Source of the DNA: Phormidesmis sp.
Lineage (GTDB): Bacteria; Cyanobacteriota; Cyanobacteriia; Leptolyngbyales; Leptolyngbyaceae
DNA length: 64,000 nt
Reading direction: 5' to 3'
Assembly (NCBI GenBank): GCA_965248535.1
Contig: CBDFJR010000002.1
Span: 1,952,001-2,016,000, forward strand
This document shows positions 26,607 to 37,030 of this stretch, in pieces. The notes under the pieces are model-generated. The model saw nothing but the letters and a program-made list of their open reading frames with translations. It had not been told where the DNA came from and searched no databases. Within the stretch, counting starts at the first letter, position 1. Every line of letters begins with the position of its first letter. The translations under genes and the position numbers were made by a program.

Positions 26607-28441
26607 GTGCAATTGCAACGAGTGGCAGTACAGCGGGTGACGGGTGGCTTTGCGCTCATCGATAGCCTTAGACGGCACGGCGTTAAGCACATCTTTGGGT
26701 ATCCGGGCGGAGCGATTCTGCCCATCTATGACGAGCTTTATAAGGCAGAAGCGATCGGCGGCATCCAGCACATTTTAGTCAGACACGAGCAAGGGGCCGC
26801 CCACGCCGCCGATGGCTATGCCCGCGCCACTGGGCAAGTGGGCGTGTGTTTTGCCACCTCAGGCCCCGGTGCAACCAATCTGGTCACTGGCATCGCCACC
26901 GCGCATATGGATTCGATTCCGCTCGTCGTGATCACAGGGCAAGTGGCTAGAGCTTCGATCGGGAGTGATGCCTTCCAAGAGACCGACATTTACGGCATTA
27001 CGCTGCCGATCGTCAAACATTCCTACGTGGTGCGCGACCCTAAAGACATGGGGCGCATTATCGCAGAAGCGTTCTACATCGCCAGCACGGGCAGACCGGG
27101 GCCGGTATTAGTCGATATTCCCAAGGACGTGGGCACTGAGTTGTTTGACTATGAGCCAGTCGAGCCGGGGCTGTGCGGCTACCGGGCTATCGCCCCACCG
27201 TCAAAGGTCATCCCCATCAGATTGGGCAAGCCTTAAAGCTGATTCGGCACGCCAAACAGCCTCTGCTGTATGTGGGGGGTGGCGCGATCGCGGCCAATGC
27301 TCACGCCGAAGTTAAAGAACTGGCAGAGCGCTTTCAACTGCCCGTGACGACCACCTTGATGGGCATTGGGGCCTTTGATGAACATCACCCCCTCGCCGTA
27401 GGAATGTTGGGAATGCACGGCACCGCCTACGCCAACTTCTCGGTGACGGAGTGTGATTTGTTGATTGCAGTCGGAGCGAGATTTGACGATCGCGTCACGG
27501 GTAAACTAGATGAATTTGCCGCTCGTGCCAAAGTGATTCATATCGACATTGACCCCGCCGAAGTGGGCAAGACGCGAGTTCCTGAGGTGCCGATCGTGGG
27601 CGATGTGCGGCAGGTGTTGACTCATTTGCTCGATCGCAGTCACGAAGATGGCGACCCTGCAACCTCAGATCAGACCCGCGAGTGGCTAGCCCGCATCGAT
27701 CGCTGGCGCGAAGATTATCCCCTCGAAGTGCCTCACTACCCTGACAAACTTTCGCCCCAAGAAGTCATTGTCGAATTGGCGCAGCAGGCACCCCACGCCT
27801 TTTACACCACCGATGTCGGGCAGCATCAAATGTGGTCGGCGCAGTTCCTCAAAAACGGCCCGCGTCGCTGGATTTCGAGCGCGGGTTTGGGCACGATGGG
27901 CTTTGGGCTTCCAGCAGCGATGGGGGCTAAGGTGGCAGTTGGAGATGAACAAGTCATCTGCATTAGCGGTGACGCGAGCTTCCAGATGAATTTGCAGGAG
28001 TTGGGCACGCTGTCGCAGTATGGCATTGCCGCCAAAATTGTGATTATTAACAATGGCTGGCAGGGCATGGTGCGTCAGTGGCAAGAGGCGTTTTGGGAAG
28101 GTCGCTATTCGTCGTCTAACATGGAGCCGTCGATGCCCGATTTTGTGAAGCTGGCAGAGGCCTACGGCATTAAGGGCATGATGATTAGCACTCGCGACCA
28201 GTTGAGCGGCGCGGTGGCTGAGATGCTGGCTCACGATGGGCCGGTGCTGCTGGATGCGCGAGTCAATCGAGCCGAAAACTGCTATCCAATGGTGGCTCCG
28301 GGCAAGAGCAATGCTCAGATGTTGGGGTTGCCCGATCGTAAGAGTCTAGAGCGCGCCACTGAGCTAATTTATTGCAGCAGTTGCCGGGCTAAGAACGTCG
28401 CTAGCAACAAGTTCTGTCCTGAGTGTGGCACCAAACTGTAG
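26607..28441 (+). CDS. ilvB: Acetolactate synthase large subunit, split by a frameshift near 27167-27170 (sequencing error or pseudogene)
   Basis: [21 protein letters not shown] in ORF 26607-27236; [26 protein letters not shown] in ORF 27173-28441. Confidence 0.92.
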
Positions 28442-28549
28442 AGGATCTGGCGTTGAGTTGGGAAACCTGATCATCGGGTTTCCCTGCCCTTGGGCTGCTT
28501 TGGTCAAGATGGGTCAGAAAATTCCCCCAAGAGTGTGATCGAGCCTAGG

Positions 28550-30484
28550 CTAACTGTCGGCAACGTCAGCCGCGAAGGTTTGGACAGTCTCGATCGCCAG
28601 ATTCAGCACAGGCTCAGGCATAGGAATTTCGACTTCTGGCAATTCTTCTAAGGTTAAGCGCAGTTGACTCGACCCAGACAACCGTTTTAAGAGCTTAGGT
28701 TTGGGGTCATAGAGCAAATAAATTAAGCGATCGTCCACCTGCCATTCAGCCTCTGCGGGGGTGATTTGCAAAGAGCCACTGCGCTCGATCAGCAGGGGCA
28801 TTAAACTTCCGGCTTCGACTAGGGATCGTAGATGAGCCTGCTGCTCATCAAGTTTGCCTTCTTTAAAGGTCGTTTCACCGAGTTTTACCGATCCTTCGTT
28901 CAGATATTGGTTCCAAACCTTGAGCAAGATTTGAGAGCTAAACGCTTGTTGAACGCGATTATTTGAGACGCTGACCTGGGAATCACGAGGAAATATGGCT
29001 AAAACTCTGGGGGGACTGAATTCTTCGATCGCCCGCTGCGCCACCACCAGATTGACTTCTCCATTATTTGTCATGGCTAAAAATGTGCCCACTTTAGAAA
29101 GCCCCGCTTCTTCTAACACATCGGTGTCGAGGGCGCTGCTAATAAACACTTTTAGACGCGGCTGAAACTCTGACGGTTGAGAATCAGGATCGGTATCAAT
29201 CAGGGCAACGAGTTCGTCACGCTCTAGAAACAGTCGAGCGATTAACAAACTTAATGGACTGCACCCTACAATGACAGCGCCTGTAGCATCTTTGGACGTA
29301 ATCTGAAGTAGATTGGCCACCCATTGAGCCGTTAATGCCTGAATAACAACGGTTAAGATAATGGTCAAAAACACGAGCGCCTTAATAGAATCACCGCCGT
29401 TAATGCCACGCTGAGTTAATAGAATGGCAAACAGGGAAGCAACGGAAGCTGCAATGATGCCTCTGGGCGCAATCCATCCTAAAAAAATCTTTTGTTGCCA
29501 CGTTAAATCACTATTCCAAGTGCAAATCCAAACGCTGAGAGGACGAACCACGATCATCAGCGCTAACACCGTGAATAATCCACCCCAGCCCAAGGCAAAA
29601 ACGCCCGCGATCGACAAATCTGCCGACAATAAAATAAACAGCACCGACGTTGACAGCACAGTGAGTTGCCCTTTAAAGCGCCTGAGCATCCGTTCTTCGG
29701 GCAGGGCCGAGGCTCTGAGAACAATGCCTGCAATCACCGTTGCCATCAGACCCGCTTCACTGCGAATCATCTGCGCCAACCCAAACAAGCCCCACAAGCC
29801 AGCCAGCACCACCAAATTTCTCAAGTCTTCTGATAAAAACGTGGCGCGTTTGAGAATGAAGCCGAGCAGCCAGCCACCGCCTGCCCCGATCGCGGTGCCG
29901 CTGCCCAATCGGATGCCGAGATCGCTGGCTACCGTCCACAGGTCAGGGTTGCCGTTTAATAAAACATTGAGCACCACGACGGCTAGAATTGCCCCTACCG
30001 GATCGATCAAGACCCCTTCGCCTTCTAGCAGGGTGGCAACTTGGCGATCGACGTTGACCTGCCGCAGCAGCGAATTGATCACCACTGGCCCCGTCACCAC
30101 AATCAGAGAGCCATAGAGAAATGCTAGCGCCCAAGGAAATTCACTCAGCCAGTGGGCCGCCATGCCGCCGCCTACCAGGGTGATCAACGTGCCGATCGTG
30201 ACTAAATTCCGCAGGCTGCCCGACACTCGATCTAAATCTCGCAGTTGTAGATTAAAGCCCCCTTCAAATAAAATCACCGCCACCAGCAGCCCAACCAATA
30301 CGTCTAAACCATTGCCCAAGCGATCGGGATGCAGCACCCCAAACGCACTCGGCCCCAGCAGAATGCCAAAAATCAGCAAAAAGACGATGCCAGGAATTTT
30401 GACAAACTCCGCCAGCACTTGAGCACCAATTCCTGCAATCACAGTGATGACGATTTGCAGAGTTAGATCGAGGGAGGCATCCAT
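28550..30484 (-). CDS. NhaP-type cation:proton antiporter with C-terminal TrkA-N-like domain
   Basis: Many TM helices, ILFEGG, VTGPVVI, EGEGVLIDP, IAPRGIIAA. Confidence 0.88.
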   Translation of the reverse strand: MDASLDLTLQIVITVIAGIGAQVLAEFVKIPGIVFLLIFGILLGPSAFGVLHPDRLGNGLDVLVGLLVAVILFEGGFNLQLRDLDRVSGSLRNLVTIGTLITLVGGGMAAHWLSEFPWALAFLYGSLIVVTGPVVINSLLRQVNVDRQVATLLEGEGVLIDPVGAILAVVVLNVLLNGNPDLWTVASDLGIRLGSGTAIGAGGGWLLGFILKRATFLSEDLRNLVVLAGLWGLFGLAQMIRSEAGLMATVIAGIVLRASALPEERMLRRFKGQLTVLSTSVLFILLSADLSIAGVFALGWGGLFTVLALMIVVRPLSVWICTWNSDLTWQQKIFLGWIAPRGIIAASVASLFAILLTQRGINGGDSIKALVFLTIILTVVIQALTAQWVANLLQITSKDATGAVIVGCSPLSLLIARLFLERDELVALIDTDPDSQPSEFQPRLKVFISSALDTDVLEEAGLSKVGTFLAMTNNGEVNLVVAQRAIEEFSPPRVLAIFPRDSQVSVSNNRVQQAFSSQILLKVWNQYLNEGSVKLGETTFKEGKLDEQQAHLRSLVEAGSLMPLLIERSGSLQITPAEAEWQVDDRLIYLLYDPKPKLLKRLSGSSQLRLTLEELPEVEIPMPEPVLNLAIETVQTFAADVADS

Positions 30485-30510
30485 AGGTGATCAGGGTTCA
30501 AGCGTTGGAG

Positions 30511-31236
30511 TTAGACTTCGTTGGGATCAATGCCCATCTGACGCAGCCGTTCAGCGAGCCGATCCGCTCGTTGCTTTTCTCGTTCTGCTCGTTCGTCGCC
30601 CGTTGACAGCAGATTGCCTTCACCATCCCACCAGCGCAGCCAGGGGAGCGCCATTGATTCATAGTCTCCCTGCCAAATGCCTAGCTCAATGCCCATCGGC
30701 GGAATGGGATAATGTCCACGGTGGTTGGCAGTTATAGGCTGATAGCGGCCTTCGACCAGATGATATAGCTCGATCGTGCCTTTACTGCACTCATAAATGC
30801 CATAAAACGGGATGCGAATGGCCTGTTCATAGACCCAAAACTTTCCGGTGACGGGAGTACAATCGCGCTCTTCGCTGCCGTCTCCAGACGCAAATTCTAG
30901 GACGATTAGGGGCGCAACATATTCTTGCCACAGCACATACGATCGGCGAAACACTCCCTTGAGCAGAGGAGGAACGTTAGGCACATAAAACCAATCGGGA
31001 GCCTCGGCTCCTTTTTCGAGGGGATCGGTCAACCGCCAATAGATGCCGCAATCTTGACCAATGCAATACTGTCCATCGGGGTGAAGTTGCTGCAACATGG
31101 GGCGAAGGGAGTCAGTCAAGAGGCTGCTTTGGGGGTGTTCTTGAAAATTTTTCACAAAGGTGCCGTCTGACTCTGGAAGCTGCGTGTGATCAGGAAGCGT
31201 CTGGGTCGTAAACTCAGAAAATTGGGTTGCTGTCAT
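30511..31236 (-). CDS. Uma2 (DUF820) family endonuclease-fold protein
   Basis: LPDHTQLPESDG, APDWFYV, EFASG, WLRWWD, RLAERLRQMGIDP. Confidence 0.88.
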   Translation of the reverse strand: MTATQFSEFTTQTLPDHTQLPESDGTFVKNFQEHPQSSLLTDSLRPMLQQLHPDGQYCIGQDCGIYWRLTDPLEKGAEAPDWFYVPNVPPLLKGVFRRSYVLWQEYVAPLIVLEFASGDGSEERDCTPVTGKFWVYEQAIRIPFYGIYECSKGTIELYHLVEGRYQPITANHRGHYPIPPMGIELGIWQGDYESMALPWLRWWDGEGNLLSTGDERAEREKQRADRLAERLRQMGIDPNEV

Positions 31237-31302
31237 AACAAATGCCCTTCACCGTTGGGAGCTTGAGTCCATTGTAGGGATTTTGGGGGCTGAACTCGTC
31301 AT

Positions 31303-32487
31303 CTATTTCAGCAGCAGATAATAAAGCTGTCCGGTGGCGTTGACCAGTCCGGCGCGATCGCCCGCCGCCTTTCCAGTGCCCATAAAAATATCGACTCGAC
31401 CCGCGCCAATAATCGCACCGCCCGTATCTTGATCCAACACAAATCGACTGACGGGGCGTTGTTCTAACGATTGGTTCGCCGTTAAAACTGGCATTTGAGT
31501 TTGCATCAGCGCGATCGCGCCTGCTGGCATTAAAAACTTATCTGTGGCGATCGAGCGTTCTGCCGTCACCGGAACGCCTAAACTCCCCATAGCAGGTGCA
31601 CCGTGAGTATTTTGAAAGAACACAAACCGCCGATTGCGAGGCAAATAAACATCCAACTCGTCGGGGTGCTGCTGAAAATAGTGCACCACATTGGGAAGAT
31701 TTAAATCTTCGAGATGAAGTTTGCCATCTTTGACCAATTCTCGCCCGATACCCGTGTAGGGTTGATTGGTGTGAGCCGCAACCCCGATCGCCATCGTGGT
31801 GCCATCGGTAAGTTGCAGTCGCGCCGAGCCTTGCACCTGCACGAGAAAGGCTTCTAAGCGATCGGGCAACCACACCAACTCCAATCCTCGCAAAAGTCCT
31901 TTATTGGCTTGCAACCCGTCTTTGCCTTCTAGCTCAAGGCGGGTGGGATGAGGGGTTTTCAATCCGGGCGCTCGATAAAGTGGATAGCGATAGTCTGCGG
32001 TGCGAACTCGACTCGCTTTGTGGACTGGCTCAAAATATCCGGTAAACGACACCGTGCCCTGATTGTCTTTGCCTGTGGCTTGGTAAAAGACAAATTCTCG
32101 CCCGATCGCTGCTTGCAGTTCTTGAGCAGAGTCAGCCGTGAGCAGAAGTTGCCTAAATCGTCTGAGACTGCGATCGACGCGATCGCGCGTCACGCCTTTG
32201 ACCGGATAGTTTTGATAAGCCCGCACTGCCTGATCGGTTTGCAAATAGCGCAAGCTATGGTTAATCGCGACCAGCAACGCATTGAGATCGCTAGAACGCT
32301 CCCCCAGTGAGTCGTCAAGGGCGTTGGGCGGCTGAGTCGCAGGTCTAAGAGGAAGGGTCGGAGCCGCGACGGAACTGGGAGTAACCGCCGGACTTGGAGT
32401 TGGCAGCGATCGCGCCGACCTGATTCCTATCCCCAATGTCACTAGGGTCAGAAAGCCAGTGACTCCAGCGATTCGCAAATTTCTCAT
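31303..32487 (-). CDS. mltA: Membrane-bound lytic murein transglycosylase A
   Basis: FTGYFEP, QVQGSARL, RSIATD, DQDTGGAI, GRVDIFMG. Confidence 0.9.
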   Translation of the reverse strand: MRNLRIAGVTGFLTLVTLGIGIRSARSLPTPSPAVTPSSVAAPTLPLRPATQPPNALDDSLGERSSDLNALLVAINHSLRYLQTDQAVRAYQNYPVKGVTRDRVDRSLRRFRQLLLTADSAQELQAAIGREFVFYQATGKDNQGTVSFTGYFEPVHKASRVRTADYRYPLYRAPGLKTPHPTRLELEGKDGLQANKGLLRGLELVWLPDRLEAFLVQVQGSARLQLTDGTTMAIGVAAHTNQPYTGIGRELVKDGKLHLEDLNLPNVVHYFQQHPDELDVYLPRNRRFVFFQNTHGAPAMGSLGVPVTAERSIATDKFLMPAGAIALMQTQMPVLTANQSLEQRPVSRFVLDQDTGGAIIGAGRVDIFMGTGKAAGDRAGLVNATGQLYYLLLK

Positions 32488-32545
32488 TCTGTCTAAGCAC
32501 TCATCTAAGCTAGAAGCCGGACGAATCCAGCCTTTCTAAGTTCCC

Positions 32546-32815
32546 TCAATAGCGATCGACGCTGCCTGAATAGAGCGGTTCGACTCGAATGCCGAGCACT
32601 TTTGCCGGACGCACCACCATATATTCGCCTTGAATATTTTTGATGGGCACGCTGATAAAATCGTTGGAAGCCGCTTTGGGCACCAGTTCGCCGCTATACC
32701 ACTTTTGAAAGTCTTGAATAGTGGCAAACCGCACTTCTTCGCGATGGCCGCCTTCTAACAAGAGATAGACAGCAAACTCACTCGGCGTTCTAGGCATTTT
32801 ATTTGTCTCAACCAC
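32546..32815 (-). CDS. Small hypothetical protein
   Basis: 89-aa ORF co-oriented with its neighbours. Confidence 0.7.
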   Translation of the reverse strand: MVETNKMPRTPSEFAVYLLLEGGHREEVRFATIQDFQKWYSGELVPKAASNDFISVPIKNIQGEYMVVRPAKVLGIRVEPLYSGSVDRY

Positions 32816-32883
32816 GACGACCCTATTATGGTCTGGAAGTGGCTGGAAATCACGCTCTCTTGGCGGCAGTTCTCAATTTATCT

Positions 32884-33652
32884 CTAAGAGATTAAATTAA
32901 AGCGCTGTAGCTGGGTTTCGACCGCTTTAGGCAAGAGCTTTTTGAGTTGAGCTTTGTCTTTGAAACACCAGACGGTTTTGACTCGGCAAATCAAAGGGAA
33001 ACTGTCCGGGTAGATCCGATCGCTCCATCTGAGTGAGTAAAAGTTGCTCCGATCGCTTGCTTTGTAGAGCATAGCCCATCTCGACGCAAACCTTAGGGCT
33101 AGGAATCAGCAGCACAGGTGAGCCAGAAATCTGCGCGATCGAGGTGCCATCAGCGATAAATAAAAGGCACTGGCGAATCGATCGCATCAGCGCACTAGTG
33201 AGACGAACCGGGCCATCAGTGAGGCGATGAGATTCTTGCAGAGTGATGGGGAGGCGCGATCGCCCATTGATCGATTCAATAATCTTGTCTAATTCTTCTC
33301 GCAGCAGCTCACTCGACTCAGAATATTCAGTTTGATAGCACAAAAAAATCGTTGGCTCTAAGTGCGCCATCACTTCTTGCTTTGAAAAATAAATCTCGTG
33401 ACTTCGCAAATCGATGTTAGAAATCGCGTAGCCGCCACTGCCCTCAATATAAAACTCGACCGTTTCGCCCTCTAGATAGCGCTGAAACCAGAGAGACGTT
33501 TTCACCTCTTCGCTGTCTTCTAAAAAATCTGCCCGCAGGCCAGACTTTAACAAGCTATTTTTGCTCAATCGCAGATCATGAGGACGTTTTTCAAGATCTC
33601 GAATCGGCTCATATTCCTGAAGATACCAAGCTTTGAGGGCAATAATTGACAT
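32884..33652 (-). CDS. Hypothetical protein with probable frameshift near 32963-32965
   Basis: ORF 32927-33652; an overlapping frame supplies FKDKAQLKKLLPKAVETQLQRFNLIS ending at 32884. Confidence 0.7.
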
Positions 33653-33893
33653 GCCGTAATCTGCCTTTAATAATTGAATCCAACAGCACTCAAGTCTCTT
33701 ATTCCCTGAGTTATTTTCTCTTGGGGTTTATTGTATATAGAGATAAACAGGTTGATCATCTTATTATGGGTGACTTTTAATCAGACGAGGAGTGAAGTCG
33801 CCCGATTTAGCTTTTTAGAAAGCTTATTCAATTTCCCATTATTATAGTACAAATGTTTTAACTGCGCCAGTCCCTTTTTAGGGTCAGCGATCG

Positions 33894-34493
33894 TCAGCTT
33901 TGACCAACGACCTGACTGCCATGACCGCGAGGGTCAGCAGCGCTTTCTTTGGTTTCAACAGGGGTCGAAAAGGCAGAGGTTTGTCCAGTAGTTTGGGCAT
34001 GGGGCAGACTATTGCCTTCAGACAGCGCCACTAAATTAGCGTCGAGAATGGGGCGGGGCTGCTCTCCGATCGCTTGCCCGATCGCCGCACCTCCCGACTT
34101 CATATAGACAAAATGCGGAATGCCATCAACGCGATAGCTGAGAATTTCGGGGAGCCATTTCTCGTTATCGACGTTGAGCATCACAAAATTAACGCGATCG
34201 CCATAGGTCTGTTTGAGCGATTGCAGCATCGGAGCCATTGCCTGACAACTGGTGCACCAATCGGCATAAAACTCCATCAACGTCGGTTTGCCATTGGCGA
34301 GGGCCACCTCGATCGGCACGGCTGCTTTTGCCATCGCACTCAGAGAAACGGCAGTGGTTTGGGTCTTCAGTCCTAAAGAAATGGCCACGGTGAGCGCGAT
34401 CGCCGCCAGCACAATCAAAAAGTTTTTCAACTGCGTAGCGGTGGTTGACTTTTCTGAAAGGGCAGCATTGGAGCTAGGTGGAGTCGTCGCCAT
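33894..34493 (-). CDS. txlA: TxlA-like thiol:disulfide interchange thioredoxin
   Basis: N-terminal TM helix, EFYADWCTSC, NFVMLNVDN, VDGIPHF, DPRGHG tail. Confidence 0.85.
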   Translation of the reverse strand: MATTPPSSNAALSEKSTTATQLKNFLIVLAAIALTVAISLGLKTQTTAVSLSAMAKAAVPIEVALANGKPTLMEFYADWCTSCQAMAPMLQSLKQTYGDRVNFVMLNVDNEKWLPEILSYRVDGIPHFVYMKSGGAAIGQAIGEQPRPILDANLVALSEGNSLPHAQTTGQTSAFSTPVETKESAADPRGHGSQVVGQS

Positions 34494-34723
34494 GGGTAGG
34501 TCACCAGTCGTTACCCCTAAATTTTAGTGGATTCGGGGAAGGCTAGAGTTTTTACGACAGGTCTTGTGTGAACTTTCTGTAAATGTAATCAATACCTCTA
34601 TGAAAGTAAGTAAGTCTAGGTAAGAATGACACTCAGTGAGCCTAATTAATTGGGTGAACTTACTGGGGCATCTCCAAGAGGGGTCTACCAAACCACTTCA
34701 CCTTTATGGAGATCATTCAACTC

Positions 34724-35329
34724 ATGACGACTTTGAGCAACGTAAAAAAACTGTCTGTCATTGCCGCGGGCGCTACCTGCCTCACCTTGGGCGCACTAAA
34801 CCCGGCTCAAGCAATGAACCTGGTAACCAACGGCGGCTTTGAGACAGGCAATTTCTCAGGCTGGACTCAATCAGGCAACCTTGGTTTTACAGGTGTTGAC
34901 TCCACTTCTGCCAACAGTGGCAAATTTGGAGCTTTTTTGGGTTCGATCGGGTCTAAAGGCTTTTTGTCACAGGCGCTGACAACCATTGTGGGTCAAACCT
35001 ACAATCTCAGCTACTTCTTAAAGAATGATGGCGGAAACCCAAACAACTTTTCCGTTTCGGTTGGCTCAACTACCTTCTCTCTGCCAAACAATTATCCAGC
35101 TTTGCCGTTTTTAGAGTACGGTGCTAGCTTTGTTGCAACCGCAACTTCGACTCCGTTGACCTTCGCCTTTCAGCAAGATCCAGCTTATTTCAGACTGGAT
35201 GACGTGTCTGTGACCTCTACCTCTACCGCCATTCCGACTCCTGCACTCTTGCCAGGGTTGATTGGTTTAGGGTTTGGGGTGCTTCGCAAGCGTAAAGCTG
35301 CGGCAATGTCTGTAAAAGCCGAGAGCTAA
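34724..35329 (+). CDS. PTPA-CTERM (PEP-CTERM variant) surface protein with carbohydrate-binding-like domain
   Basis: Signal peptide, NLVTNGGFETG...LDDVSV, C-terminal IPTPALLPGLIGLGFGVLRKRK. Confidence 0.85.
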   Translation: MTTLSNVKKLSVIAAGATCLTLGALNPAQAMNLVTNGGFETGNFSGWTQSGNLGFTGVDSTSANSGKFGAFLGSIGSKGFLSQALTTIVGQTYNLSYFLKNDGGNPNNFSVSVGSTTFSLPNNYPALPFLEYGASFVATATSTPLTFAFQQDPAYFRLDDVSVTSTSTAIPTPALLPGLIGLGFGVLRKRKAAAMSVKAES

Positions 35330-35388
35330 TATCGCTATTGATAGAGATTAACGATCGTGACTCAACAGCGATCGTCTCTCTAACTTCA

Positions 35389-35436
35389 CAAAAAAAGGCC
35401 AAGGGTAAAGGAAGGTTTACTCTTGGCCTTTTGTGT
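35389..35436. terminator. Bidirectional intrinsic terminator
   Basis: AAAAGGCCAAGGGTAAA...TTTACTCTTGGCCTTTT between convergent genes. Confidence 0.8.
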
Positions 35437-35512
35437 TTTGATCAGAAAGCTGATGTCACCCTAGAAATCTGCCATCCCTCTAACAAAGTAGGACAGGTTC
35501 GAGAGTCACTGA

Positions 35513-36232
35513 TTAAGCTTCACTGCTGCCAGTCGCCTCAGTTTTGCGCTTTCGCAAGATCCCCAGACCCAACCCAATCAACCCTGGCAACAAAGCAGGT
35601 GTAGGAATTGCAGTGCCCCCAGTGGTGTTGAAGGAAACCTTATTAATTCCAAAGTCTTGGGGAGAATTTTGGCTGTCTTGAACATTGAGCAGTAGTTTAG
35701 CAATATCAGAATTGTCACTGAGAACCCCGATGAATATGGCTGAGTTATTGCCAGCACTGGTGGAATCGCCAGGTAGCGTAAAACTGCCGAGGCTAGTTCC
35801 GCTACTGTTAAACGCCTCAATTACCGCCGTGAACGAGCCAAAAGAATCTTGTTGAATCTGCGTTCCGAACCCGCGTATCGCTTGAGAGAAATTTAACTGC
35901 AATGGCCCCGGATTGTTGTTTGTCCACAAAACGGCATCACCGGGCGCAAAATTCCCATTCCATCCGCTGCCTTGGTCAAGTCTTTGAAGGGAGTTATTAT
36001 AGGGAATGCTACCCGTTATGGTGTTGCCACCTGTAGAACTAACTGTGAATGGGCTGGAAACCGAACTCAACGATGAACCAAGAACGCTCCAATCTAGAGT
36101 GTCATTCTCTCCCAGGTCAGAACGGCTCGTGACTAAGGAGAGAGCTTGAGAGGCGTTTGCAGTGCTAAGAGCAGCAACCACCGCACCTGCAACGGCCAGC
36201 AGAAAATTTTTGCGAATAGATAAAGCGGTCAT
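35513..36232 (-). CDS. PTPA-CTERM surface protein
   Basis: Signal peptide; C-terminal IPTPALLPGLIGLGLGILRKRK. Confidence 0.85.
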   Translation of the reverse strand: MTALSIRKNFLLAVAGAVVAALSTANASQALSLVTSRSDLGENDTLDWSVLGSSLSSVSSPFTVSSTGGNTITGSIPYNNSLQRLDQGSGWNGNFAPGDAVLWTNNNPGPLQLNFSQAIRGFGTQIQQDSFGSFTAVIEAFNSSGTSLGSFTLPGDSTSAGNNSAIFIGVLSDNSDIAKLLLNVQDSQNSPQDFGINKVSFNTTGGTAIPTPALLPGLIGLGLGILRKRKTEATGSSEA

Positions 36233-36558
36233 CAGACAATTTACTCCATGAAGTTTGAGGTGTTTGGTAGGTTCCCCTGGAGTACGATCGACAAAATCAC
36301 TATTGGTAGAATCAACAAAGCAATCTGATATATGCCAGTGGCATAGCCCAGAAGCCCTAGAGTTTGGTGCACAGCTTAGTTTGCTATGACGTTCACACCA
36401 CTACTAGGGTATTTACTTAATCTTTATACAAAGGGAACATAATGGACACAAATCATTCAGTAGTCCTCACATAGAGACTTCTGGGGTGTAACGATTTGAT
36501 TTCCCCCGATCTAGACTCACTCTATACAATAAGCAGAGGACTTGCCAACTTACTCACT

Positions 36559-36963
36559 GTGAAAAAACGAGTCACGCTTACGTTTCCGAAGCGATCGGTG
36601 CAGATGCCCGTCACCTACCGATTGGCAAAAGATTATAATGTCGCCGCCAATATTATTCGCGCCCAGGTTGCCCCCAATCAAATTGGCAAGCTCGTTGTGG
36701 AATTATCCGGAGATATTGATCAGCTAGATGCCGCGATCGAGTGGATGCGATCGCAAGATATTGGCGTGTCGTTTGCGAGTCGCGAAATCATGATCGATGA
36801 AGTCGCCTGTGTCGATTGTGGCTTGTGTACCGGAGTCTGCCCCACGGAGGCGCTGACGCTCGATCCACAGTCGTTTAAATTGACGTTTACGCGATCTCGC
36901 TGCATTGTCTGCGAACAGTGCATTCCCACCTGCCCCGTGCAGGCGATTTCAACAAATTTCTGA
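36559..36963 (+). CDS. NIL-domain 4Fe-4S ferredoxin
   Basis: NIL-like N-terminus (NIIRAQV); CVDCGLCTGVCP and CIVCEQCIPTCP. Confidence 0.88.
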   Translation: MKKRVTLTFPKRSVQMPVTYRLAKDYNVAANIIRAQVAPNQIGKLVVELSGDIDQLDAAIEWMRSQDIGVSFASREIMIDEVACVDCGLCTGVCPTEALTLDPQSFKLTFTRSRCIVCEQCIPTCPVQAISTNF

Positions 36964-37030
36964 GTGATTGAGCGCATGAGGGAGCGATCGCTGCAAAATA
37001 GGAGATGAATCCTATCCGCAATATTGTTCT

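Noticed and set aside
33846..33858. AGTACAAATGTTT LexA-like box
   Set aside because: One mismatch, about 190 nt from the start of a gene of unknown function; no supporting context
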